DNA of 64,000 nt from Nemertoderma westbladi (lineage: Eukaryota; Animalia; Xenacoelomorpha): NCBI GenBank assembly GCA_032718475.1, contig JAUCBJ010008603.1:11643-75642 (forward strand), written 5' to 3'. Shown one piece after another: positions 1 through 11,280 of the stretch. The translations under genes and the position numbers were made by a program. The notes beneath the pieces were generated by a model. It worked only from the letters and a program-made list of their open reading frames with translations, made no database searches and was not told the DNA's origin. Numbering within the stretch: the stretch's first letter is position 1; each line of letters starts with the position of its first letter.

Positions 1-841
1 GTTATGGAATACCTGAAGTAATTGTTGCTGGCATTGGATTGTTATATTGTGACACAGAAGCTCAGGTACTCTCACCAGATGGTGAAACTGAGTTTTTCTC
101 AATCCTGGATGACATTGTTCTTCTTTCTAAAACGCTAGCAGGAGCACAGCTTCTACTGAATAAAATTCAGAGGGCTGGGAAACTTGACCACATTTAATAA
201 TAATCAATTGAGGAAAGTTGATTACTTGAGATATAGAGCAGCATAAAATAAAAGACATAGAAGTTAAGAAAGCAAAGGCTTGGGTAGCTCTATCAAAAAT
301 GGATACCATCTGGAAATCAGATCTCTCCAGGCACCTGAAGACTAAGTTCTTTCGAGCCACAGTGGAAAGTGTATTTTTATACGGGGGTGAGACCTGGACA
401 CTGACTAAATCACTTGAACAACGAATTGATGGTTGCTACACAAGACTACTAAGGGCAGCCCAAAACATCAGCTGGAGACAACACATGACAATCGCCGAGC
501 TTTATGGTACAATACCACATGTATCAACCACCCTCCGTGAACGCAGATTAAGATTCAGTGGGCACTGCTGGCGAAGTAAAGACGATGTCAAACCAGATCT
601 ACTTCTCTGGCAACCAACTCATGGAAAGCGTAGTCGTGGACGACCGGCCATAACATATATAGATCAACTTGAAAGGGATACTGAACTTGGGAGAAACGAA
701 ATTGCGACAACTATGGAGAATCGGGAAGCCTGGAAGGATCTCATTTGCAATGTATGTCCGAGCTCGCTCGATCTAGTAGTTTATCTGCAATTTATATCAT
801 TCTGCCTCACTAATGCGCAGGAAGTAAGAAAGTCTAAGTAG
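1..841 (+). mobile_element. 3' part of an RTE-clade non-LTR retrotransposon (degenerate RT and C-terminal region) in an OSBP intron
   Basis: ORF 299-841 has the RTE C-terminal motifs FRATVESVFLYGGETW, RRLRFSGHCWR, RSRGRP and MENREAW. The upstream part is broken by stops and frameshifts. Confidence 0.85.
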
Positions 842-922
842 TTTTTGTTCTCACTAAATGTCTCTGTGGAACAACAGACTTCCCACAGCCCCCACTAGAT
901 GGCGTTGTATTTAACTCCTCAG

Positions 923-1171
923 GTAAACTTCAGCGAACCGCTATCAATGCTACAACGACTCACGGAGGAGATGGAATACTCCCGGATACTGGACCAAGCG
1001 GCGGCTACATCCGACCAATGGGAGCAGCTGGCTCTGGTCGCTGGATTCACTGCATCCGCCTACTCCACGACCGCCTCCCAGCGGACCACCAAGCCGTTCA
1101 ACCCGTTGCTAGGGGAGACCTACGACTGCGATCGTGTAGACGACCTGGGGTGGCGATCCTTGGCGGAACAG
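923..1171 (+). CDS. OSBP: Oxysterol-binding protein, internal exon (VNFSEPLSMLQR...SLAEQ)
   Basis: ctcag|GTA acceptor and CAG|gttagc donor, 249 nt. ORD motifs EPLSMLQR and KPFNPLLGETY. Confidence 0.95.
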
Positions 1172-1315
1172 GTTAGCTCTATGTGTTGCTAGACCCGCCA
1201 CACACTAGATCAACGGGGATATTGATCTCACATCTCTAATTTACTTTGGGCCTTTAGTGGTGCTACAATTGTAGACTTTCCTACACTGTATGAGTTAGTA
1301 ATTCCTTATTTTTAG

Positions 1316-1432
1316 GTTTCACATCACCCTCCCGCCTGCGCTATACATGTTGAGGGTCGAGGCTGGACTAGTTGGCAAGAATTTACTATGACTTCCAAGT
1401 TTAGAGGGAAATATCTTCAGGTTATACCTCAG
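1316..1432 (+). CDS. OSBP: OSBP exon (VSHHPP...KFRGKYLQVIPQ)
   Basis: tttag|GTT acceptor and CAG|gttagt donor, 117 nt. Completes the EQVSHHPP fingerprint across the intron. Confidence 0.95.
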
Positions 1433-2871
1433 GTTAGTTGGCAAGGAAACACGTAAATAATATTAAATATTAAAGTTCGCATTAAATTTCGTAAATGGAA
1501 CTAGTCCACGCCAACAAGTTTATATATACAACAACACTCATTTTGTTTAATAATCAAATAAAATTGATATTTAATTATATTCATGTACCATATTGAGTAA
1601 AATGAAGAATGATTGTTAAGAAGTTAAAAATATATGTCCAGGGTTAAAAATAACCAACTATTAGCTCGTTATATTAGGGTCGGGCTATAGTTAATATTGG
1701 GTAACCAAGAGATTTAGTATATTATGCGTTCAGAACATTTACCAGAACAATTTTAATGGGCAGAAGCTAAAAAATACGTAAGTGAACGTTTTAGTATCGG
1801 ACCGCTATGTATTCCATAATGCGTTTTACTTTTAATTCTAACGAGATCGATCGTAATGGAAAGCAAGAGCTAATGAATTGATCTTCAACACCAGGATTTC
1901 CCATTTCGATATGAGCTGTAAGATTTGAGTCATTGGGTTCATTCGTATAAATGAGTAACGATTCGATTCCTGGCAAGGATAATGACTTCCATGCGCCGAC
2001 GTAACTACTGGTAAGACCTCTGTAGTTGTCCATTGGGTTACTGTGGTTCTTTATCAGGTTCACAGACTGAAACACAGAAAAGAACGGAAGACAATACTAA
2101 CGGAACACACTTTAATGGATAGAGGTTTATAGTGAGTCACAGTGAGCACAGTGCGGCTCTCCGTTTAGAAATGCTGAGTATAGCCTGCTGAATAGTGAGA
2201 GTTGAGACATTTGGATTAGTGCATTCATAGTCACTACATGCTGTTTCAATTTTATCGTATATATTTCTAGCTCTGGCATTTTTGGAGTAGTGTGTCACTG
2301 TGTCCTCCAGTTGGATTGTGTGGGTAATAGTATTGGATCTACCAGTGTTAGCTTCTCTACATTGTTCCAGAAGTACCCCGGGGAACCAGTGGAACCAATC
2401 TATAGTCGTAGTAAACCGGTATGAATATGTAGACCTCGTCCTGCGACCATCTATCTGTATCTCCAACTGCATTCAACTGAAAAAAAATCAATCAATACTC
2501 GTTATTGGCTCAAGGAACAACTTAACAACCTAACAACCCCCTAAATCTGTTGAAACCCCCCTAAAAGTCTTTCATATAAAAATAGCATATAGGCAAACAT
2601 TAGATCAGATCTACACTCGAGTATAGAAAAATATTTTAAGTACAGAAATGAACGAAATTAAACGCGCCTTATCGGAAAGGATTGAATCGCTGCACAGGTT
2701 GGCCAATATCATCCACTACTGCTGTGGTTGTATTCGGGTACAGAAACATTCCCTGTGATCGCGATGGTTCCTGTATTCCGCAATATAATTTAGTCCAAAT
2801 GTCACCTACACAAATTATTATCGTCGTTATTGCCTCAGTTTTGTTATTTTCCCTTCTCCATATTTGTTTAG

Positions 2872-3110
2872 GGAACTGCGCATCTCCGGTTCGAGAAGTC
2901 CGGCAACCACTACACGTGGAGAAAAGTCACGACAACCATCCACAATATTATAGTTGGTCGGTTGTGGATAGACCAGTCGGGAGAAATGGACATAATTAAT
3001 CATAAAACAGGCGATAAATGCCACTTAAAGTATTCGGCGTACAGTTACTTTACTAGGGAAACCCCTCGTAAGGTAACGGGTATGGTCATGGATAAAGATG
3101 GAGACGCCAG
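2872..3110 (+). CDS. OSBP: OSBP exon (GTAHLRFEKSGNHYTWRKVTTTIHNIIVGRLWIDQ...)
   Basis: tttag|GGA acceptor and AG|gtattt donor, phase 0 to phase 2. HNIIVGRLWID motif. Confidence 0.93.
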
Positions 3111-3237
3111 GTATTTATTATATTTTATAATACATAAGACGATTAAATTATTACTCAAAGTTATATGTAGTTTTGTAGAAACCCATCTCTCAATCCCGCA
3201 ATATGAATAAGCCTTATAAACTATTTTTGCTACCTAG

Positions 3238-3375
3238 GTATATTATTTCGGGTACATGGGATGATCACATAGAAGGTGCTAAAGTTGTCTACGGTAAACG
3301 CAAAGCGAATTCCGATGAGAAGCCAAAGTTACACACGACGCAACCACGGGTGCTGTGGCAACGAGTATACCCGCC
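3238..3375 (+). CDS. OSBP: OSBP exon (YIISGTWDD...VLWQRVYP)
   Basis: cctag|G acceptor and CC|gtaagt donor, phase 2-2, in frame with neighbouring exons. GTWD motif. Confidence 0.9.
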
Positions 3376-3590
3376 GTAAGTAGTTGCCATTTATTCGACT
3401 AAAAGATAACCAGTGAAAAATAAAGTTAAGTTTTATTTGACCGTTAGGGATTACGCACAAACTTATTTCCAGCGCGGTCCGCCCAGAACTTTACTCCCCA
3501 GAGGAAACTCCAGTACTCATTTAGCTACCATTTAAGGATGCAAGGCAGAGATGCGCCCTGGCTGGTCCCTTTAAAGCATTCGTGCCGAAA

Positions 3591-3673
3591 CGAAAACTGC
3601 CCTGGCCCATGTGAGGATCGAACCCACGACCTACGGGAGATGTGAATTCAATGCAACCACTACACCAAGGTGG
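3591..3673 (-). mobile_element. tRNA-derived SINE head (body probably continues toward ~3430)
   Basis: The minus strand has A box TGGTGTAGTGG and B box GGTTCGATCC. A similar copy lies at 62680-62762. Confidence 0.75.
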
Positions 3674-3750
3674 CTATTTGTGTTCCCTCCATTCTCCTCA
3701 GTTTCCGGGACTAACCAGTTGATGAATACCTGACCTGTTATTGTTTACAG

Positions 3751-3968
3751 GTCGACCTACGAGAAAATGTACCACTTTACCGAGTTCGCGTGCTCTCTCA
3801 ATGAGCCGGAGCCGGATTGCGCTCCGACCGACTCGAGATTGCGACCCGATCAACGGATGTTGGAGGACGGAAACTGGCAGAAATCCAACGAACAGAAGAT
3901 GAGGTTGGAAGAGAAGCAGCGATTGGCTAGACGGCTTAGGGAAGCCGAGATAGCGGGAGCTGATGGAG
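3751..3968 (+). CDS. OSBP: OSBP penultimate exon (MYHFTEFA...PTDSRLRPDQ...KMRLEEKQR...GADG)
   Basis: tacag|G acceptor and GAG|gtgagt donor, phase 2 to phase 1. PTDSRLRPD and LEEKQR motifs. Confidence 0.95.
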
Positions 3969-6900
3969 GTGAGTCAGTGAGGAGGCCGAGATAGCGGGAG
4001 CTGTTCGGGGTGAGTTAGTGAGGCCGAGATAGCGGGAGCTGATGGAGGTGAGTCAGTGAGGAGGCCGAGATAGCGGGAGCTGATGGAGGTGAGTTAGTGA
4101 GGCGGCCGAGATAGCGGGAGCTGATCGAGGTGAGTTAGTGAGGAGGCCGAGATAGCGGTGAGCTGTTCGGGGTGAGTCAGTGAGGAGGCCGAGATAGCGG
4201 GAGGTGATCGGGGTGAGTCAGTGAGGAGGCCGAGATAGCGGGAGCTGTTCGGGGTATGTTAGTGAGGCCGAGATAGCGCGAGCTGTTCGGGGTGAGTTAG
4301 TGAGGCCGAGATAGCGGGAGCTGTTCGGGGTGAGTTAGTGAGGAGGCCGAGATAGCGGGAGCTGATGGAGGTGAGTCAGTGAGGAGGCCGAGATAGCGGG
4401 AGCTGATGGAGGTGAGTTAGTGAGGAGGCCGAGATAGCGGGAGCTGATGGAGGTGAGTCAGTGAGGAGGCCGAGATAGCGGGAGCTGTTCGGGGTGAGTT
4501 AGTGAGGCCGAGATAGCGGGAGGTGATCGAGGTGAGTTAGTGAGGAGGCCGAGATAGCGAGAGCTGATGGAGGTGAGTTAGTGAGGAGGCCGAGATAGCG
4601 GGAGCTGATGGAGGTGAGTCAGTGAGGAGGCCGAGATAGCGGGAGCTGTTCGGGGTGAGTTAGTGAGGCCGAGATAGCGGGAGGTGTTCGGGGTGAATTA
4701 GTGAGGAGGCCGAGATAGCGGGAGCTGTTCGGGGTGAGTTAGCAAGGAGGCCGAGATAGCGGGAGGTGATCGAGGTGAATTAGTGAGGAGGCCGAGATAG
4801 CGGGAGCTGTTCGGGGTGAGTTAGTGAGGCCGAGATAGCGGGAGCTGATCGGGGTGAGTTAGTGAGGAGGCCGAGATAGCGGGAGCTGATGGAGGTGAGT
4901 TAGTGAGGAGGCCGAGATAGCGGGAGCTGTTCGGGGTGAGTTAGTGAGGCCGAGATAGCGGGAGCTGTTCGGGGTGAGTTAGTGAGGCCGAGATAGCGGG
5001 AGCTGATCGAGGTGAGTTAGTGAGGAGGCCGAGATAGCGGGAGCTGTTCGGGGTCAGTTAGTGAGGCCGAAATAGCGGGAGCTGATGGAGGTGAGTTAGT
5101 GAGGAGGCCGAGATAGCGGAAGGTGTTCGGGGTGAGTTAGTGAGGAGGCCGAGATAGCGGGAGCTGTTCGGGGTGAGTTAGTGAGGCCGAGATAGCGGGA
5201 GCTGATCGGGGTGAGTTAGTGAGGAGGCCGAGATAGCGGGAGCTGATGGAGGTGAGTTAGTGAGGAGGCCGAGATAGCGGAAGGTGTTCGGGGTGAGTTA
5301 GTGAGGAGGCCGAGATAGCGGGAGCTGATGGAGGTGAGTTAGTGAGGAGGCCGAGATAGCGGAAGGTGTTCGGGGTGAGTTAGTGAGGAGGCCGAGATAG
5401 CGGGAGCTGTTCGGGGTGAGTTAGTGAGGCCGAGATAGCGGGAGCTGATCGGGGTGAGTTAGTGAGGAGGCCGAGATAGCGGGAGCTGATGGAGGTGAGT
5501 TAGTGAGGAGGCCGAGATAGCGGGAGCTGATGGAGGTGAGTTAGTGAGGAGGCCGAGATAGCGGGAGCTGTTCGGGGTGAGTTAGTGAGGAGGCCGAGAT
5601 AGCGGGAGCTGTTCGGGGTGAGTTAGTGAGGAGGCCGAGATAGCGGGAGCTGATGGAGGTGAGTTAGTGAGGAGGCCGAGATAGCGGGAGCTGTTCGGGG
5701 TGAGTTAGTGAGGCCGAGAGAGCGGGAGCTGTTCGGGGTGAGTTAGTGAGGCCGAGATAGCGGGAGCTGATCGAGGTGAGTTAGTGAGGCCGAGATAGCG
5801 GGAGCTGTTCGGGGTGAGTTAGTGAGGAGGCTGAGATAGCGGGAGCTGATGGAGGTGAGTTAGTGAGGAGGCCGAGATAGCGGGAGCTGTTCGGGGTGAG
5901 TTAGTGAGGAGGCTGAGATAGCGGGAGCTGTTCGGGGTGAGTTAGTGAGGAGGCCGAGATAGCGGGAGCTGATGGAGGTGAGTTAGTGAGGAGGCCGAGA
6001 TAGCGGGAGCTGATGGAGGTGAGTTAGTGAGGAAGCCGAGATAGCCGGAGCTGATGGAGGTGAGTTAGTGAGGAGGCCGAGATAGCGGGAGGTGAGTCAG
6101 TGAGGAGGCCGAGATAGCGGGAGCTGTTCGGGGTGAGTTAGTGAGGCCGAGATAGCGGGAGCTGATGGAGGTGAGTCAGTGAGGAGGCCGAGATAGCGGG
6201 AGCTGTTCGGGGTGAGTTAGTGAGGAGGCCGAGATAGCGGGAGCTGTACGGGGTGAGTTAGTGAGGAGGCCGAGATAGCGGGAGCTGATGGAGGTGAGTT
6301 AGTGAGGAGGCCGAGATAGCGGGAGCTGATGGAGGTGAGTTAGTGAGGAAGCCGAGATAGCGGGAGCTGTTCGGGGTGAGTTAGTGAGGAGGCTGAGATA
6401 GCGGGAGCTGTTCGGGGTGAGTCAGTGAGGAGGCCGAGATAGCGGGAGGTGATCGGGGTGAGTCAGTGAGGAGGCCGGGATAGCGGGAGCTGATGGAGGT
6501 GAGTTAGTGAGGAAGCCGAGATAGCGGGAGGTGAGTCAGTGAGGAGGCCGAGATAGCGGGAGCTGTTCGGGGTGAGTTAGTGAGGTGGCCGGGATAGCGG
6601 GAGGTGAGTCAGTGAGGAGGCCGAGATAGCGGGAGCTGTTCGGGGTGAGTTAGTGAGGCCGAGATAGCGGGAGGTGATCGAGGTGAGTTAGTGAGGAGGC
6701 CGAGATAGCGGGAGCTGTTCGGGGTGAGTTAGTGAGGAGGCCGAGATAGCGGGAGGTGTTCGGGGTGAGTTAGTGAGGAGGCCGAGATAGCGGGAGCTGA
6801 TGGAGGTGAGTTAGTGAGGAGGCCGAGATAGCGGGAGCTGTTCGGGGTGAGTTAGTGAGGCCGAGATAGCGGGAGCTGTTCGGGGTGCGTTAGTGAGGAG

Positions 6901-7813
6901 GCCGAGATAGCGGGAGCTGATGGAGGTGAGTTAGTGAGGAGGCCGAGATAGCGGGAGCTGTTCGGGGTGAGTTAGTGAGGTGGCCGGGATAGCGGGAGGT
7001 GATCGAGGTGAGTTAGTGAGGTGGCCGAGATAGCGGGAGCTGTTCGGGGTGAGTTAGTGAGGAGGCCGAGATAGCGGGAGCTGTACGGGGTGAGTTAGTG
7101 AGGAGGCCGAGATAGCGGGAGCTGATGGAGGTGAGTTAGTGAGAAGGCCGAGATAGCGGGAGCTGATGGAGGTGAGTTAGTGAGGAGGCCGAGATAGCGG
7201 GAGCTGTTCGGGGTGAGTTAGCAAGGAGGCCGAGATAGCGGGAGGTGATCGAGGTGAGTTAGTGAGGAGGCCGAGATAGCGGGAGGTGATCGAGGTGAGT
7301 TAGTGAGGCCGAGATAGCGGGAGCTGATCGAGGTGAGTTAGTGAGGTGGCCGGGATAGCGGGAGCTGATGGAGGTGAGTCAGTGAGGAGGCCGAGATAGC
7401 GGGAGCTGTTCGGGGTGAGTTAGTGAGGCCGAGATAGCGGGAGCTGTTCGGGATGAGTTAGTGAGGCCGAGATAGCGGGAGCTGATCGGGATGAGTTAGT
7501 GAGGCCGAGATAGCGGGAGCTGATCGAGGTGAGTTAGTGAGGCCGAGATAGCGGGAGGTGATCGAGGTGAGTTAGTGAGGAGGCCGAGATAGCGGGAGCT
7601 GTTCGGGATGAGTTAGTGAGGCCGAGATAGCGGGAGCTGATCGAGGTGAGTTAGTGAGGCCGAGATAGCGGGAGCTGTTCCAGGTGAGTTAGTGAGGCCG
7701 AGATAGCGGGAGCTGTTCGGGGTGAGTTAGTGAGGAGGCCGAGATAGCGGGAGCTGATGGAGGTGAGTCAGTGAGGAGATAGCGGGAGCTGTTCGGGTTG
7801 AGTAAGTGAGGCC
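3944..7813 (+). repeat. 38/41-bp tandem array (~95 copies); unit = last 25 nt of the OSBP exon + GTGAGT donor + intron start
   Basis: Unit gccgagatagcgggagctgatggag|gtgagttagtgaggag. The first copy is the coding exon end. Confidence 0.97.
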
Positions 7814-9862
7814 TCTCAATCAATCACACAGCTTACGTCGCTCTCAACCAATCAATCACACAACTCACTTTGCTCTCAATCAATCACACAGCTCACTTTG
7901 CTTTCAACCAATCACACAACTCACTTCGCTCTCAACCAATCAATCACACAGCTCACTTTGCTCTCAATCAATCACACAACTCACTTTGATCTCAATCAAT
8001 CACACAGCTTACTTCGCTCTCAACCAATCAATCACACAGCTTACTTTGCTTTCATCCAATCACACAGCTCACTTTGCTCTCAACCAATCACACAACTCAC
8101 ATTGCTCTCAACCAATCAATCACACCGATTACTTTACTTTCAACCAATCACACAGCTCACTTTGCTCTCAATCAATCACACAGCTTACTTCGCTCTCAAC
8201 CAATCAATCACACAGCTTACTTTGCTTTCAACCAATCACACAGCTCACTTTGCTCTCAACCAATCACACAACTCACTTTGCTCTAAACCAATCAATCACA
8301 CAGCTTACTTTACTCTCAATCAATCACACAGCTTACTTCGTTCTCAACCAATCAATCACACAGCTTACTTTACTCTCAATCAATCACACAGCTTACTTCG
8401 CTCTCAACCAATCAATCACACAGCTCACTTTGCTTTCAACCAATCACACAGCTCACTTTGCTCTCAACCAATCACACAACTGACTTTCCTCTCAACCAAT
8501 CAATCACACAGCTTACTTTACTCTCAATCAATCACACAGCTTACTTCGTTCTCAACCAATCAATCACACAGCTTACTTTACTCTCAATCAATCACACAGC
8601 TTACTTCGCTCTCAACCAATCAATCACACAGCTCACTTTGCTTTCAACCAATCACACAGCTCACTTTGCTCTCAACCAATCACACAACTGACTTTCCTCT
8701 CAACCAATCAATCACACAGCTCACTTTACTCTCAATCAATCACACAGCTCACTTTGCTCTCAACCAATCAATCACACAGCTTACTTTGCTTTCAACCAAT
8801 CACACAGCTCACTTTGCTTTCAACCAATCACACAGCTCACTTTGCTCTCAACCAATCACACAGCTCACTTTACTCTCAATCAATCACACAGCTTACTACG
8901 CTCTCAACCAATCAATCACACAGCTTACTTTGCTTTCAACCAATCACACAGCTCACTTTGCTCTCAACCAATCACACAACTCACTTTGCTCTCAACCAAT
9001 CAATCACACAGCTTACTTTGCTTTCAACCAATCACACAGCTCACTTTGCTCTCAACCAATCACACAACTCACTTTGCTCTCAACCAATCAATCACACAGC
9101 TTACTTTACTCTCAATTAATCACACAGCTTACTTCGTTCTCAACCAATCAATCACACAGTTTACTTTACTCTCAATCAATCACACAGCTTACTTCGCTCT
9201 CAACCAATCAATCACACAGCTCACTTTGCTTTCAACCAATCACACAGCTCACTTTGCTCTCAACCAATCACACAACTCACTTTCCTCTCAACCAATCAAT
9301 CACACAGCTCACTTTACTCTCAATCAATCACACAGCTTACTTCGCTCTCAACCAATCAATCACACAGCTCACTTTGCTTTCAACCAATCACACAGCTCAC
9401 TTTGCTCTCAACCAATCACACAGCTTACTTTACTCTCAATCAATCACACAGCTCTCAACCAATCAATCACACAACTCACTTTGCTCTCAATCAATCACAC
9501 AACTCACTTTGCTCTCAATCAATCACACAGCTCACTTTGCTCTCAACCAATCACACAGCTAACTTTGCTCTCAACCAATCACACAGCTTACTTCGCTCTC
9601 AACCAATCAATCACACAACTCACTTTGCTCTCAACCAATCAATCACACAGTTCACTTTGCTTTCAACCAATCAATCACACAGCTAACTTTGCTCTCAACC
9701 AAACAATCACACAGCTCACTTTACTCTCAATCAATCACACAGCTCACTTTACTCTCAATCAATCACACAGCTTACTTTACTCTCAATCAATCACACAGCT
9801 TACTTTACTCTCAATCAATCACACAGCTTACTTTACTCTCAATCAATCACACAGCTTACTTT
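7813..9862 (+). repeat. 28/32-bp tandem array (~68 copies) at the 3' end of the same intron, with acceptor-like architecture
   Basis: Unit ctcac/cttac-tttgctctc-aac(caat)caatcacacag. It abuts the donor array and stops ~40 nt before the true acceptor. Confidence 0.95.
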
Positions 9863-9901
9863 CGAGACTTTCACAGACATTTGAACCAATTTTATATGCA
9901 G

Positions 9902-10044
9902 GGCGTATTTCTGGAGATTGGGAGCCGACTTGGTTTCAGAAACAACTTGACCCCCAAACTGGCAGCATTATACACAAGTTTAGCGGCGACTATTGGGATT
10001 GCAAGCAAAAGCAGCATTGGCAGAAATGCCCCAGTATATTCTAG
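9902..10044 (+). CDS. OSBP: OSBP terminal exon (...WEPTWF...GDYWDCKQKQHWQKCPSIF*)
   Basis: atgcag|GG phase-1 acceptor matches the donor at 3968. Typical OSBP C-terminus (P.WF ... YW ... W..CP.IF). Confidence 0.93.
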
Positions 10045-10417
10045 AGAATTCTATTAACGCAGTATTATTATATAGGATTTAATGATAATTTCACTCATTC
10101 TGTCTATCGTCTTATAATTAGTATTTTGAGTTTTGTCACATATTATTTTATTAGTTATAAATGTAGTGAAATTAAAACTATTGTGTAATGTTATTATATT
10201 ATTTGAATACAAATATATCACATTCTGTCAATGATACTTGCCGATCACTATATTAAACTATTTAATTTAATTTAATTTGTTTTTTTCCCTAACCCCCCCA
10301 CCCCCTCGAAAATTATATTTTCTAAAAGTACCTAAAATTTTCATTCATTTCAACCATGTAACCCGCCAATGTTCTAATGAACTGAGGAGCCGTTGGGCTC
10401 CCTCTAGTGATTCTGAG

Positions 10418-10662
10418 AGTACTCCTATAGTCATCAGCAAAGTCTAGATCAGTTAGGTACAATACTCCTAGTCATCAGCAAAGTCTAGATCAGTTAGGTA
10501 CAATACTCCTAGTCATCAGCAAAGTCTAGATCAGTTAGGTATAGTACTCCTAGTCATCAGCAAAGTCTAGATCAGTTAGGTACAATACTCCTAGTCATCA
10601 GCAAAGTCTAGATCAGTTAGGTATAGTACTCCTAGTCATCAGCAAAGTCTAGATCAGTTATG
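10418..10662. repeat. 41-bp minisatellite, ~6 copies
   Basis: Unit tagtcatcagcaaagtctagatcagttaggtacaatactcc. Confidence 0.9.
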
Positions 10663-11280
10663 TACTTGGCAGGATTTCCTTGACTTCTGGAGCCAGTAAG
10701 TGGAGTCTAAAGTAAGATGTCTCCATCATCATTATGGTGATCGCAGAACATACTGTAGTTTCCACGAAACAACTAGATTCCACGAAAAGGTGGTCATCAG
10801 CTTGAGTTTTCCTATAATTAGTACTGAACACTGAAACTGAAATTAAAATCCGAAAGTGAAATTCAAGTTAAAAAATTTCAGTCTATGATTATCATAATTC
10901 AGCAGTTATTTATATTCAACTGAATCAATCTAACTACTGTACAACAGTTGTTGTAAACGATTTGAAATGTAACTGAAATTCTTTGAATTAAATTTTAGTG
11001 TTCAGTACTACATAATATTGTAATCCAAACCATATTTACTCGTTACCTCACGTTTATTCTTAATAAATTTCCCGTCAAATTGTGACATTTGAAAACTGTG
11101 GCTGTGAAACATTAATTACATAATTTAGCTTTATAAGATTATAAGTAAGTTCAAATTAAAATAACACACCAATAATATACAATAATGCACCCAACATAAT
11201 TATATTTATTTCGCTAACTACATCCAAAGGCACAGTTATCGGTGTAGCTTAAAATGCACACAGGTAAAAAGTCTCTGTTG

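Noticed and set aside
3591-3673. Functional tRNA gene
   Set aside because: A and B boxes are present, but there is no convincing acceptor stem, and a diverged copy with the same non-tRNA extension at 62680 indicates a SINE.
7806-9860. Long ORFs (up to 554 aa) of NQSITQLTLLS repeats
   Set aside because: They are translations of a stop-poor tandem array inside an OSBP intron. Only 9902-10044 is supported as coding.
7813-9862. Antisense donor motifs (AA|GTAAGC, AA|GTGAGC) suggesting a minus-strand donor array
   Set aside because: The flank at 9863 does not match the unit as an exon end, and no antisense exon is evident.
10418-10662. 41-bp repeat as another donor array (AG|GTACAA)
   Set aside because: The donor match is weak and no exon can be defined there.
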